Below are positions 52,521 to 62,540 of a stretch of DNA of 64,000 nt, one piece after another. The stretch's first letter is position 1. Each line of letters opens with the position of its first letter. The notes under the pieces were generated by a model. It ran no database searches and was not told the origin of the DNA. It saw nothing but the letters and a program-made list of their open reading frames with translations. A program made the translations under genes and the position numbers. This DNA comes from a bacterium (GTDB taxonomy: Bacteria; RBG-13-61-14; DATKZS01), in NCBI GenBank assembly GCA_963674965.2, contig CAXXFL010000001.1, positions 864,001 to 928,000 of the forward strand, given 5' to 3'.

Positions 52521-53389
52521 CACTCTCCCAGGTACTTGAGTAGTTCCGAGTCGCTTGAGAGGACCAGCGTCGTCTTCTCGTCCAGGATTTTGTCGTAGGA
52601 CTGCATGGTCCGCCAGAACTTGTAGAACTCGGGGTCCTTGGTAAAGGCCTCGGCGTAAACTTTCGCCGCCTCGGCCTCTCCCTCCGCTCGTATCTTCTGC
52701 GATTTCTCGTAGGCCCGCGCCAGGATGTCGCTCTTGTCCCGGTCGGCCTGGGCCTTGATCTTGGCCGCTTCCCGCTCGCCCTCCGCCCGGTGCAGGTTGG
52801 CCCTGGCCTTCCTCTCCTTCCTCATCCGCTGGTAGACGGCCCAGGCGTTGGACTCGGGAAGGGCCAGGCGGTCGAGCTCGACCGAAACGATCTCGAGGCC
52901 GTAGTTGCCCTCCGCCAGCCTTTCGGCCAACTCCTTTTCGATCCTCTCCTCCAGCTCGGATATCTTGATCTCACGGTCCACTGAGATAAGGTCGTCGAAA
53001 TCGTAATCGCCCACCGCGCCGGCGCTGCGCGAGGTCAGAAGGTCGTCAAGCTGCTGCCCGGCCGCGTCAACCGTGGTTACCGACGTGTAAAAGGTAAGAG
53101 GATCGGATATGCGCCATACCACCATGCACTGGATGCTGACGTTCTTTTTGTCCTTGGTCAGACGCTCGAGCAATAGACCCTTGTGGAGCATCAGCCTTTT
53201 ATCGAAGCGGTTGACCCGTTCCACCGGGGTGGGGGCCTTCCAGTAAAGGCCGGGGGCGGTGATGGTCTTTACGTGCTTTCCGAACCTGGTGACCACGGCG
53301 TACTCGTTCTGGCCCACGGTGAAGGTCACCGAGGCGATCACGAGAATCAAAAGGCCGATGGCCAGGATAATGAACAACGCGCGCTTCAT
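52520..53389 (-). CDS. hflC: HflC-like SPFH protein
   Basis: AVVTRFG, PGLYWK, LTKDKKN, VYQRMRKER, RAEG, DPEFYKFWR, LVLSSDS. Confidence 0.9.
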   Translation of the reverse strand: MKRALFIILAIGLLILVIASVTFTVGQNEYAVVTRFGKHVKTITAPGLYWKAPTPVERVNRFDKRLMLHKGLLLERLTKDKKNVSIQCMVVWRISDPLTFYTSVTTVDAAGQQLDDLLTSRSAGAVGDYDFDDLISVDREIKISELEERIEKELAERLAEGNYGLEIVSVELDRLALPESNAWAVYQRMRKERKARANLHRAEGEREAAKIKAQADRDKSDILARAYEKSQKIRAEGEAEAAKVYAEAFTKDPEFYKFWRTMQSYDKILDEKTTLVLSSDSELLKYLGE

Positions 53390-53405
53390 GGTCACGCTCC
53401 TCTTT

Positions 53406-55229
53406 TTATTCCGCCGAGGCGGGAGACTTTCCCGGGTCGACGGTCATGAAAAGCTCGATCGATCCCGAGGCGGCCTCGGGCGGCACTACAATTTTTTCCC
53501 GGTTGGGCAGGACCCTCTCGGCCGACTCGATGGCCAGCCTGGTCTTCATGACGCCCGGAGACTTGGCCTCGGCCTCCGCCAGGCGCTTGAAAATCTCGAC
53601 GTCGCCCCGCGCCCGGTACATGCCCGCGCCGGCCTCGGCGGCGGCCGCGTTGACCAGGGTCTCGAACTCTCCCTCCGCCCGCGGGATGAGGTCGTTGGCG
53701 TAGCCGTTGGCCTCGTTGATCTTGGTCTCGTACTCGATGGTGGCGCTGACCACGTTCTCGAAGTCGGCCGCCACCTCGGTGGGCGGGTGGGCGTCCTTGA
53801 TCTGGAAGGACAGTATTTTAACGCCCAGGTCGTATTCTTTTAAGTCCTCGGCGAGTTTTTTCTCGAAGCGGGCCTCGATCTCGTCGCGCTGCTTGGTAAT
53901 GGACTCGAGGAACTCGATATGGGCGAACTCCTCAGCCAGCACGGCGTAGGAGGCGGAGGATATCATGCCCTCCGGGTCGGAGGACACGTAAAGCCACTTG
54001 GCCGGGTCCACGACCCGGTAGTGGATGGCCACGCCCACGTCGATGAAGATGTTCTCGCCCGAAAGGACGTTAAACTGCTCGATGTAATGGTCGTTGGTCC
54101 AGAGCACGGTGGTACGTTTGGGGTCGATGATGGACCCCACGTTAAGGCGCCTTACCTTTCCGACGTCCACCTTTCTGACCTTGTCCACCGGCCAGGGCCA
54201 GCACCAGTGGAGACCCGGCCCCAGGGGCTTGCCGGGCTCGAGGGGAGAGCCGAATCGCTCGACGATGGCCTTCTCTCCGGTCCCCACGGAGAAACTTCCG
54301 CTGGCGACGTAAAGGAAAAGGGCCAGGACGACAAGGACAAAGGACGCGACAATGCCGGCCTTTTTCCTGGACTCGGGCGAGTCGGGATTGCCGCCGATCA
54401 ATTTGACGGTCAGGTCGATTACGCGGGGCGTGACTCGGGGCAGCCTGTTTTTGATGGCGAGCCAGAGCCACTCGCGGTAAAGAAGGTCCTCCGTTTCCTC
54501 TCCCCTGGCCAAGTCGCGGATGACGGCCCCAAAGACGTTGGCGGCCTGGAGGAGTACGAAAGCGGCCAGGGCCCCGGCGGCGAAGCGGTCTAAAAGCCCC
54601 GAGGCGGAGGGATCGAGGCTGAGCACGATCCTCTCGCCGAGCAGGGCGGCCGCTACCAGAAGAGACCCGACCATGTCCACCCGGGCGTGGAAACCGTCGG
54701 CCACCAGAGCGGTACAGCCGTGTCTCTCGCCCACGATCCTCTCCAGCCTGGAAAGCAGGTAGCTGAGGAGGGCAAGGAACAACATTCCAAGACCCACGTG
54801 GACCGGATACGCGATCGTTCCCATGGGAGACGGATACACGACGCGATATAGAAAAAAGACGCCGATCACGCTGAGAAAGGCCCCAATCCCCAGGGCGACC
54901 ACGGTCTGGGGGGAGGATAAAATGGACAGCAGCCCCGACTTCTCGCCGCCGGGCTTTTTTCCACGCGCCAGGGCCAGCATCTCGGCCCGGACGGCGATAA
55001 AAACGGCCATGCTCGAGCCAATGTCGGCGAAGGAATGATAGGCCTCGACCTTGAGGGAAAGGCTTCGCGAGTAATAAGACAAAAGAAACTTGAGGAGGGT
55101 AAGGGTGACGTTTACGGCGATGGCGGCCAAGGCCGCCTTCTCCGGCGCGGTGAGCCGAAATGACCGGCGGCCTTCCAACTCTTGTTCGTCAATTTCCGTT
55201 TCCATATCGGGTTTGTCTTCTTCGTTCAT
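53406..55229 (-). CDS. Fusion of a cation diffusion facilitator transmembrane domain and an HflK-like SPFH domain
   Basis: EAYHSFAD and ALVADGFHARVD CDF metal-site motifs; then VERFG, PGLHWCWPWPVD, HPPTEVAADFENV, EANGYANDLIPRAEG. Confidence 0.85.
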   Translation of the reverse strand: MNEEDKPDMETEIDEQELEGRRSFRLTAPEKAALAAIAVNVTLTLLKFLLSYYSRSLSLKVEAYHSFADIGSSMAVFIAVRAEMLALARGKKPGGEKSGLLSILSSPQTVVALGIGAFLSVIGVFFLYRVVYPSPMGTIAYPVHVGLGMLFLALLSYLLSRLERIVGERHGCTALVADGFHARVDMVGSLLVAAALLGERIVLSLDPSASGLLDRFAAGALAAFVLLQAANVFGAVIRDLARGEETEDLLYREWLWLAIKNRLPRVTPRVIDLTVKLIGGNPDSPESRKKAGIVASFVLVVLALFLYVASGSFSVGTGEKAIVERFGSPLEPGKPLGPGLHWCWPWPVDKVRKVDVGKVRRLNVGSIIDPKRTTVLWTNDHYIEQFNVLSGENIFIDVGVAIHYRVVDPAKWLYVSSDPEGMISSASYAVLAEEFAHIEFLESITKQRDEIEARFEKKLAEDLKEYDLGVKILSFQIKDAHPPTEVAADFENVVSATIEYETKINEANGYANDLIPRAEGEFETLVNAAAAEAGAGMYRARGDVEIFKRLAEAEAKSPGVMKTRLAIESAERVLPNREKIVVPPEAASGSIELFMTVDPGKSPASAE

Positions 55230-55467
55230 GAAAAGTTCCCGCCCAGTCCTTCCTCACAAGGCTATGACGGTCAGAGGGAATTGTCAAAGCCTTTTTTACC
55301 GATAAAGTCTATGGGAATAGTAAAATTTGACTATTGCAGAAGCAGGGATTCAATACGGCGGCTCTTCGTCTACTTTTCAGATGTTTCGAGTATTACTCCT
55401 TGACTGCATTTATACCGGCCAATAAAATATTATCGAAGCAAAGGCGGGACGAAAAATCAAGGACAAG

Positions 55468-55800
55468 TTGCACCAGTATTTTCGAAAGAACGTGGAGATC
55501 AGGGCCAAGGGTCTGATCTACAGGGGATTTTTAGTCGGGGCCGACGAGGTCACGATATATCTGAAGGGACCCACGGGCTGGATTACGCTGCTTCTTGACG
55601 AGGTGGCGGCGGTCAGGCTCGAGGGCGCGGGCGAGGAAGGATGGAATCGAAAGGGAGTCGAGGGAGAAGAAGAAGTCCCTCCCGCGGACAGGACAAGCAA
55701 GATTTTTTATTCTAAAAGGGACATCGAGAAGATACACGAGGGTCTTGCCACTGGCGACTGGCCCGAGGGTGACGAGCCCGATGAATCGAAAACGGATTAA
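55468..55800 (+). CDS. Small hypothetical protein (Sm/LSM-like beta pattern possible)
   Basis: 110-aa ORF with genome-like codon usage; KNVEIRA.G..YRG.L.GADE..IYL; TTG start uncertain. Confidence 0.55.
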   Translation: MHQYFRKNVEIRAKGLIYRGFLVGADEVTIYLKGPTGWITLLLDEVAAVRLEGAGEEGWNRKGVEGEEEVPPADRTSKIFYSKRDIEKIHEGLATGDWPEGDEPDESKTD

Positions 55801-55819
55801 GGGCCGCCTTGAAGAAGCC

Positions 55820-57532
55820 TCAGCGCCGCTTGTATATCGGCGGCGACCTTCTCGTCGCCGGGTCCGACATATTGCATGCCTTGTTTAGGGCGGCTTCCCC
55901 CTCGAGGTTTTTCTTTTGTATTAGAAGCACAAGAGCCAACTGGTACCAGTAAACGGGATTCTCCCGCTCGAGACGGACCGCGTTTTTATAGGCCGTCTCC
56001 GCTTCTTTATACGCTCCCGCCTTTGCTCTGGTTCGTCCCAATTGATAGTAGGCCGATGGGAATGATCCGTGAAGCTCGATCGACTTTATTAGAGCGGACT
56101 CCGACTCGGGATACCGGCCGGCGGCGTACAGGCCGATCCCGTAATTATACCAGGCCATGGCGTCGCCCGGGTTTTTGGACAAGGCCGCGGCGCAGTATCT
56201 TATTGACTCGGCCCCTCGGCCCGCCCTTTGCCCCATGGCGCAAAGGTTGGCCCAGGAGCGGAAGCCGGCGGGGGCCTTTTTAACGGCGTCCCTGTAGATA
56301 AGGACGGGATCGCTCCAGGTCTTGTTCCTGGCCCGGGTCCCGGCCGCCAGAAAGATTATCAGGGCAACCAGAACGGGCAGGGAAGACCGCTTCAGGCCGG
56401 CCATTCCGGCCAGGGCCGCGGCGATCATAATAAGACCTAAACTCGGGAGGTAGAGCCGGTGCTCGAAGACCATCTCCAGTGGTAGTATCGAGCTTTCGAG
56501 AATAAGTCCGAAAACGAACCAGAGCCAGCCCAGGCATAAAAGCGGGGCGCGATGTGCTTTCACCAGGCAAAATAGAGTAAGTCCGACTATGATCAAGCCG
56601 GCGACGATGGTTTGAGGAGGACTGAAAAGTCCGGCCGAAACGGTAAAGTCATGCTCGATCGACAGTCTCGAGCCGAAGGGAAAGAGCCATAGTCCCACGT
56701 ACCAAATGATCACCCGCTGCTGGGTCAGGAGCCTTTGGGCCATGGAAAAATCGCGGATGGCGTAGCCCTTGAACAGTCCGCCCGAGTAAACGGAGAAAAC
56801 GATGGAGGCCACGATAAAAATTCCCGTAAAGGCGGCCAGTAGGTTTTTGCGGGCTATGGCCCATTGTTTCAGGTCTCCATCAAAGCGGCACCTGTCCAGG
56901 GCCGCGATTAGTAGAACCAGGACGGCCGCGTTTTCCTTTCCCGCCAGGGCCAGAAAAAAGGACAAGAGAAAAATCGATAAGGCCGCGCGTTTCCCCTTAA
57001 GTCCCGCCTTTATCGAGTCTTTCTCGAGCCAGGCAATGAGCGCGATCAGCGAGAACAGTCCGGCGATGACGTTCATGCGCTGGACAATATAGGTCACGCT
57101 CTGGGCCTGGATGGGATGAAGCCCGAAAACCAGAGCCCCGATGGCGGCGGCCGGCCCGGGCCAGGGAACGCTCGCGGAAAAGGGCGGAGTCTGAAAGAGC
57201 TTTTTCAGAAAGACCCCGGCGGCCAGGATGGCGACAAAATGCAGGGCCAGGTTGGTCATCCGGAAGGCCCGGGGATCGAGACCGGCTCGCAGAAAGTCCA
57301 GGGCAAAGGAAATATTGGCCAGGGGCCTGGTTTTGATTGGGCTTTGGGCCGCCGCGGCATAGAGTGATTGAAGTGACCAACTTGTGGGATGGACGGCGCG
57401 GTTATCGACAATTTGCGTCATGTCGTCAAAGTTCCAACTCCCACCGAGCCCCGGATAATATGCAACGACGGCCAGGAATAGCGAGGCGGCAAGGAAATAT
57501 ATAGGAAGCGACCATTTTTTATTTTCTTTCAT
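55820..57532 (-). CDS. TMTC-like GT-C glycosyltransferase with C-terminal TPRs
   Basis: FDD, RPL, HP, YIVQR, KE, EHRLYLPS, RNKTW motifs; multiple TM segments; TPR helices. Confidence 0.85.
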   Translation of the reverse strand: MKENKKWSLPIYFLAASLFLAVVAYYPGLGGSWNFDDMTQIVDNRAVHPTSWSLQSLYAAAAQSPIKTRPLANISFALDFLRAGLDPRAFRMTNLALHFVAILAAGVFLKKLFQTPPFSASVPWPGPAAAIGALVFGLHPIQAQSVTYIVQRMNVIAGLFSLIALIAWLEKDSIKAGLKGKRAALSIFLLSFFLALAGKENAAVLVLLIAALDRCRFDGDLKQWAIARKNLLAAFTGIFIVASIVFSVYSGGLFKGYAIRDFSMAQRLLTQQRVIIWYVGLWLFPFGSRLSIEHDFTVSAGLFSPPQTIVAGLIIVGLTLFCLVKAHRAPLLCLGWLWFVFGLILESSILPLEMVFEHRLYLPSLGLIMIAAALAGMAGLKRSSLPVLVALIIFLAAGTRARNKTWSDPVLIYRDAVKKAPAGFRSWANLCAMGQRAGRGAESIRYCAAALSKNPGDAMAWYNYGIGLYAAGRYPESESALIKSIELHGSFPSAYYQLGRTRAKAGAYKEAETAYKNAVRLERENPVYWYQLALVLLIQKKNLEGEAALNKACNMSDPATRRSPPIYKRR

Positions 57533-57756
57533 AACGGTGGCTTGTCATTTTATCGGAAAGGCAAGTTTCCGGCAATCCGCATTGGATTATTTGAGTTATA
57601 TTTATACCTTGTTGATTTTTTTACTGGAGGTTTACACCGGATAGTGCTAAGTTATTGCAAGACTGAAAAAGAGAACGACCGCGTCAAGCCGTCTGACGCA
57701 TGAGTCGAGAAAGCAATATTTAATCAACCGCGCGATTATCGCTTGGAGCAAACTAC

Positions 57757-60700
57757 ATGGGGACCGGCGACAAAAGCAAAGAAGGCGTCTTTCGAGATGA
57801 CAAACCGATGGGTGAAGTCCCGTCCGGTTTCAGCGAGACGCTTTATACCAGCGGCCCCCTGGTTTCCGGATATGAAAGACGAGACAGGCTCGAGGCGCTT
57901 TTTCAAGGCATGTCCCAGGGCGTGGTCTTCCAGGATAAAGACGGCAAGATAACAATGGCCAACGCCGCGGCGGAAAGGATACTCGGCCTCACCCGGGACC
58001 AGTTGTTCGGCCGGACCTCTCACGACCCGAGGTGGGAAGCCATCGATCGCGAGGGCAATCCTTTCAGGGGAGAGGACCATCCCGCCATGCGGTCCCTTCA
58101 ATCGGGCCGGCCGGTCAATAATGTATTGATGGGCGTTTACAACCCCGCCGAACGGCGACGTAGATGGATTATGATCGACTCCGTCCCGCTTTTCGAGGAG
58201 GAAGGCGAACTTCCCAGCCAGGCCTACGCCACCTTTACCGACGTGACCGCCCAGGTCGAGGCGGAAAACGCCCTTATCGAGAGCGAGAGGAAGTACCGCG
58301 AGCTTATCGAGAGCTCGAACGAGTTGATTACGCGGGTCGACGCCGAGGGTACTTTCACCTACGTTAACCCGGCGGCCCTTAAGTTTCTGGGACTTCCCCC
58401 CGAGAAGCTGGTGGGCATGAAGGCCTTCGACTTTATCCATCCCGATGACCGGGACAATACCCTCAGGCATTTCGACGAGTGGACCAAGGGAGACGGCGGT
58501 GACATCATTTTCGAGAACCGGCAGGTGAGCGTGACCGGCGAAGTCCACGATATGCTGTGGATTATCCATCCCCTGTTGGACGGGAAAGGCGAAGTCGAGG
58601 GTTTCAGTTCCGTCGCCGTCGACGTTACGGAGAGAAAAAAGGCCCAGCGTGAAAAGGAGGCCCTGGCCAGGGACTTGGGCCAGACCAAGAACCTGCTCGA
58701 GTCGATCCTCAACTCGATCCCCGACATTATCGGGGTCCAGGACCTGGAACACAACATTATTAGATATAACCACTCGGGCTATAAATTCCTCGAGATAACC
58801 CCCGGGGATTTGCCGGGCAGGAAATGCTACGAGATAATCGGACGCGATAAGCCATGCCGGGTCTGCGCTACTTCCGAGGTTTATCAAACCAGGCTCCCCT
58901 CCAAACGGCAAAAATTCATTCCCGAGTTTGGCGTATGGTTTGACTTAAGGGCCTATCCGGTTTTTGACGACTCGGGCAATCTCGTCCAGGTCATCGAGCA
59001 TATAAGAGATATTACGGCGGAACGAAGCGCCATCGAGGCGATCGAGAAAAGCGAGGAAAGCTACAGGGAGATTTTTAACTCGACCGCCACCGGACTCATG
59101 GTCCATGACGCCGAGACGGGGCAGATTCTCGACGTGAACCAGACCATTGTCGATATGACCGGCTACGACCGCGAAAGCATACTTCAAAGCGACGTGGGCA
59201 AATTGAGCCTGGGCCAGGCGCCCTATTCCCAAAATGAGGCCCTCTCCCTTATACATAAGGTGAAGAGCGAGGGACCGCAGACTTTCGACTGGATGGTCCG
59301 CAAAAAGGACGGCGTCATCATCTGGGTCGAGGTCACGCTGAAGAGCGCGAAAATCCTGGGCCGGGATCGTATACTGGCGGTAATAAGCGACATTACGGAA
59401 AGAAAAAAATACGAGCGCGATATCATCCGCGAGAAGGAACTTTCCGACGGCATACTCGACAGCCTGCCGGGCATATTCTACATGTTCGACTCGGATGGAA
59501 AACTTCTTCGGTGGAACAGAAACTTCGAGACGGTCACGGGCTATTCCGAGTCCGAGTTGGCGGACAAGTATATCCTGGATTACTTCGAGGGCGGGGACCG
59601 CGAGGAAATCTTCGACCGCTTCCGGGAGGTATTTATTAACGGCTGGGCCGAGGCCGAGGCCGAGATGATTATGAAGGACGGCTCCAGGGTCGCCTATTAC
59701 TATACGGGCATGCTCGCCCGCCTTGACGGCCGGGACTATGTTCTTGGCGTGGGCCTTGACGTTAGCGAGCGAAAAAAGATCGAGCTGGAACTGAAGGCAA
59801 GCGAGGAAAAATACCGCCAGCTCATCGAGACGACCAATACGGGATTCACCATAGTTGACGCCGAGGGCGTGGTGCTCGACGCCAATGACGAATACGCCCG
59901 CATTGCCGGCCGCGCGGACAGGGAAGAGATCATGGGAAGAAGCGTCATCGAGTGGACCGCGCCGCACGACCTCGAGCGAAACAAGCGCGCATTAAAAGCC
60001 GTCCTTGCCAAGGGCCATACGAGGAACCTGGAGATAGACTACGTTGCGCCCGGGGGCCTTCTCCGGCCGGTCGAGATAAACGCGACCGTAATCGAGACCG
60101 GGGAGGGCAAGCGAATCATGACCCTTTGCCGCGACGTGTCGGCCAAGAAGAAGGCCGAGGAGGAACGCGACAGGATGTTCAATCTTTCCATGGACCTCCT
60201 TAGCGTGTCCGGTTTCGACGGGTACTTCAGACAGGTCAACCCGGCCTGGACCAGGACCCTGGGTTGGAGCGAGGAGGAGCTATTAAAATCCTTCTGGCTC
60301 GATCTGGTTCATCCCAACGATCTCGAGTCCACGCGGGAAGCGGGAAGGGAACTGGCCAGGGGCAAAGAGATCAGGGGCTTCAAGAACAGGATGAGGACCA
60401 AGAGCGGAGAGTATCGGCGACTGTCCTGGAGTTCCTTTCCCCTTCCCTCGGAAAAGATGGTCTTCTCGGTGATAAGAGACGTTACCGAAATGGACCGGCT
60501 GGAGGAACAGCTTCGACAATCCCAGAAAATGGAGGCCATAGGCAAGCTGGCCGGCGGCGTTGCCCATGATTTCAATAACCAGCTTATGGTTATACTGAAC
60601 GTGAGCGAAATGATGGCGGCGGGCATGTCCGGGTCCGACCCTAAAAGAAAGCATTTGAGCATGATCCAGAAGGCGGGCGAGCAATCGGCCTCCCTGACCC

Positions 60701-61653
60701 GCCAGCTTCTGGCCTTCAGCCGCAAGCAGGTCATCGAGCCCCGGGTGGTCAAGGTCAACCACATGATATCCCCCCTTCGCGAGATGCTCGAGAGGCTTAT
60801 CGGTGAGGACGTCGAGTTCGAGATGGAGCTTGGAAGCGACGCGGGCCTGGTCAAGGTCGACCCTTCCCAGATCGGCCAGGCCATCTTCAACCTGGCCGTG
60901 AACGCGAGAGACGCCATGCCGCGGGGCGGCAAGCTTACCATATCCACGGGTTCGGTCTTGCTTGATTCCCGCGAGGCGGAAAAGCAGGATGGACTGGCGC
61001 CCGGGAATTACGCTCTTATTTCCGTGTCCGACACCGGCGAGGGCATGGATGAAGAGACCAGGTCCCGGATTTTCGAGCCCTTCTTTACCACCAAGGGCCT
61101 GGGCAAGGGTACCGGCCTGGGCCTGGCGACGGTATACGGGATCGTGCGACAGTGCGAGGGCAGCGTGACCGTCTCGAGCGAGCCGGGGCGGGGAACCACC
61201 TTCCGCGTGTATCTGCCCGAGGCCAAGGCAATGGATAAGGACTCAAAGTCTTTTTCCTCGAGGGCTTCGGCCAACCTGGAGGGCAATGAAACCATCCTGG
61301 TGGTCGAGGATAACGAGGACGTGAGAAAGACCATCGTGTCCATGCTTCGCGCCAAGGGCTATATTATCCTTGAGGCCGAAAGCGGCCGCCAGGCCGAGGC
61401 CCTGTTCGGAGACGGGGGCGACCATATCGACATGGTTATCACCGACGTGGTCATGCCGCGTCTGAGCGGAAGAGAACTGGCGAAAAAATTCCTGGAAAAA
61501 CGTCCCGACCTTCCCGTCCTTTACGTGTCCGGATACACGGACGAGGTCATATCTCATCACGGGGTGCTCGAGGCCGGGGCGAGCCTTCTCCAGAAGCCCT
61601 TTACCATGGATGAACTTCTTGCCAAGACCAGGAGCCTTTTAGACGCGCGGTGA
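57757..61653 (+). CDS. Cytoplasmic hybrid sensor histidine kinase with seven PAS domains and a receiver domain
   Basis: GGVAHDFNN H-box, NARDAM, DTGEGM, FEPFFTTK, GTGLGL; receiver VVED..TDVVMP..KPF; no TM segments. Confidence 0.95.
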   Translation: MGTGDKSKEGVFRDDKPMGEVPSGFSETLYTSGPLVSGYERRDRLEALFQGMSQGVVFQDKDGKITMANAAAERILGLTRDQLFGRTSHDPRWEAIDREGNPFRGEDHPAMRSLQSGRPVNNVLMGVYNPAERRRRWIMIDSVPLFEEEGELPSQAYATFTDVTAQVEAENALIESERKYRELIESSNELITRVDAEGTFTYVNPAALKFLGLPPEKLVGMKAFDFIHPDDRDNTLRHFDEWTKGDGGDIIFENRQVSVTGEVHDMLWIIHPLLDGKGEVEGFSSVAVDVTERKKAQREKEALARDLGQTKNLLESILNSIPDIIGVQDLEHNIIRYNHSGYKFLEITPGDLPGRKCYEIIGRDKPCRVCATSEVYQTRLPSKRQKFIPEFGVWFDLRAYPVFDDSGNLVQVIEHIRDITAERSAIEAIEKSEESYREIFNSTATGLMVHDAETGQILDVNQTIVDMTGYDRESILQSDVGKLSLGQAPYSQNEALSLIHKVKSEGPQTFDWMVRKKDGVIIWVEVTLKSAKILGRDRILAVISDITERKKYERDIIREKELSDGILDSLPGIFYMFDSDGKLLRWNRNFETVTGYSESELADKYILDYFEGGDREEIFDRFREVFINGWAEAEAEMIMKDGSRVAYYYTGMLARLDGRDYVLGVGLDVSERKKIELELKASEEKYRQLIETTNTGFTIVDAEGVVLDANDEYARIAGRADREEIMGRSVIEWTAPHDLERNKRALKAVLAKGHTRNLEIDYVAPGGLLRPVEINATVIETGEGKRIMTLCRDVSAKKKAEEERDRMFNLSMDLLSVSGFDGYFRQVNPAWTRTLGWSEEELLKSFWLDLVHPNDLESTREAGRELARGKEIRGFKNRMRTKSGEYRRLSWSSFPLPSEKMVFSVIRDVTEMDRLEEQLRQSQKMEAIGKLAGGVAHDFNNQLMVILNVSEMMAAGMSGSDPKRKHLSMIQKAGEQSASLTRQLLAFSRKQVIEPRVVKVNHMISPLREMLERLIGEDVEFEMELGSDAGLVKVDPSQIGQAIFNLAVNARDAMPRGGKLTISTGSVLLDSREAEKQDGLAPGNYALISVSDTGEGMDEETRSRIFEPFFTTKGLGKGTGLGLATVYGIVRQCEGSVTVSSEPGRGTTFRVYLPEAKAMDKDSKSFSSRASANLEGNETILVVEDNEDVRKTIVSMLRAKGYIILEAESGRQAEALFGDGGDHIDMVITDVVMPRLSGRELAKKFLEKRPDLPVLYVSGYTDEVISHHGVLEAGASLLQKPFTMDELLAKTRSLLDAR

Positions 61654-61715
61654 ATCCTCGTTTTTTCCTGGCCTTCGCGGCTTCGCGCCAATTTATGCCG
61701 CCCTGCAAATAACGG

Positions 61716-61744
61716 TTGACAACCGGTTAAGCGGGTGTTATGTT
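61716..61744 (+). promoter_or_regulatory. Sigma70-type promoter candidate
   Basis: TTGACA-17bp-TATGTT with a TG extended -10. Confidence 0.55.
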
Positions 61745-61871
61745 AAACTCGAACAGGGGAACGGAAAAGCTTTCATAACCAGAGCTTCAGCGGTTTATTC
61801 GGGTTGATACCGCGAGGGCGAAGTTTTTCCTTTTTTGCGCGACAATGGTCCCAATACCGGGGAGGGGCGCC

Positions 61872-62522
61872 ATGTACGATTCATCTGGGTCAGTGGTCAA
61901 AGGCATAGGTTTTTTAGGGGTTTTCAAGTTCATCAAAATGCAGCCCAAGGGCGAGGAACTTCTCGAGATATTCAAAAAACAGCTTCCCGAGGAGGCCGCC
62001 CGAATTTGCTCGCGCCGTCTCATCACGGTCCGGGAGTATCCTTATTCGGCTTTTGTCGAGGTTTTGCGAACCTTTGACAAGGTACTCGGGATCGGAAACC
62101 TTTCGGTGCTGCGGGACCTCGGGGAATACTCGGCCGACATGGACTTCGAGTTCCTCTTCGCCGGCAGTTCGGCCAAGCCCAGCCCGGAGGACCTTTTCCG
62201 GGACTGCAACATTTACTGGTCGAGCTATTATCCCAGGTCCGGCTACATGAAGGCCGAGGAAATAAAACCCGAGCGCTCGATAGTCCGCATCTATGACTTT
62301 CCCGAGATGGACCCGGCCCATTGCCGGCTGATCGAGGGCTGGATGGCCAAGGCCATGATAAACTCTGGGGCGGCCCTTAAAAGGTGCGTCGAGACCAAGT
62401 GTACCTCGAAGGGAGACCCGTATCACGAGTTTACCGGGGCCTGGGCCCACGCCGAGTCCGGGGTCGATATGAGGAAAAGGTTCGGCGCGGATAAGTTCGC
62501 CAAGCCCTTGATGACGCTCTAG
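61872..62522 (+). CDS. DUF2378/V4R-like ligand-binding protein
   Basis: VKG.G, YPY, W..YY..G, CRLIEGW, CTSKGDPYHEF; ATG after GGAGG. Confidence 0.65.
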   Translation: MYDSSGSVVKGIGFLGVFKFIKMQPKGEELLEIFKKQLPEEAARICSRRLITVREYPYSAFVEVLRTFDKVLGIGNLSVLRDLGEYSADMDFEFLFAGSSAKPSPEDLFRDCNIYWSSYYPRSGYMKAEEIKPERSIVRIYDFPEMDPAHCRLIEGWMAKAMINSGAALKRCVETKCTSKGDPYHEFTGAWAHAESGVDMRKRFGADKFAKPLMTL

Positions 62523-62540
62523 TCCGAGATGACTAAAGCC

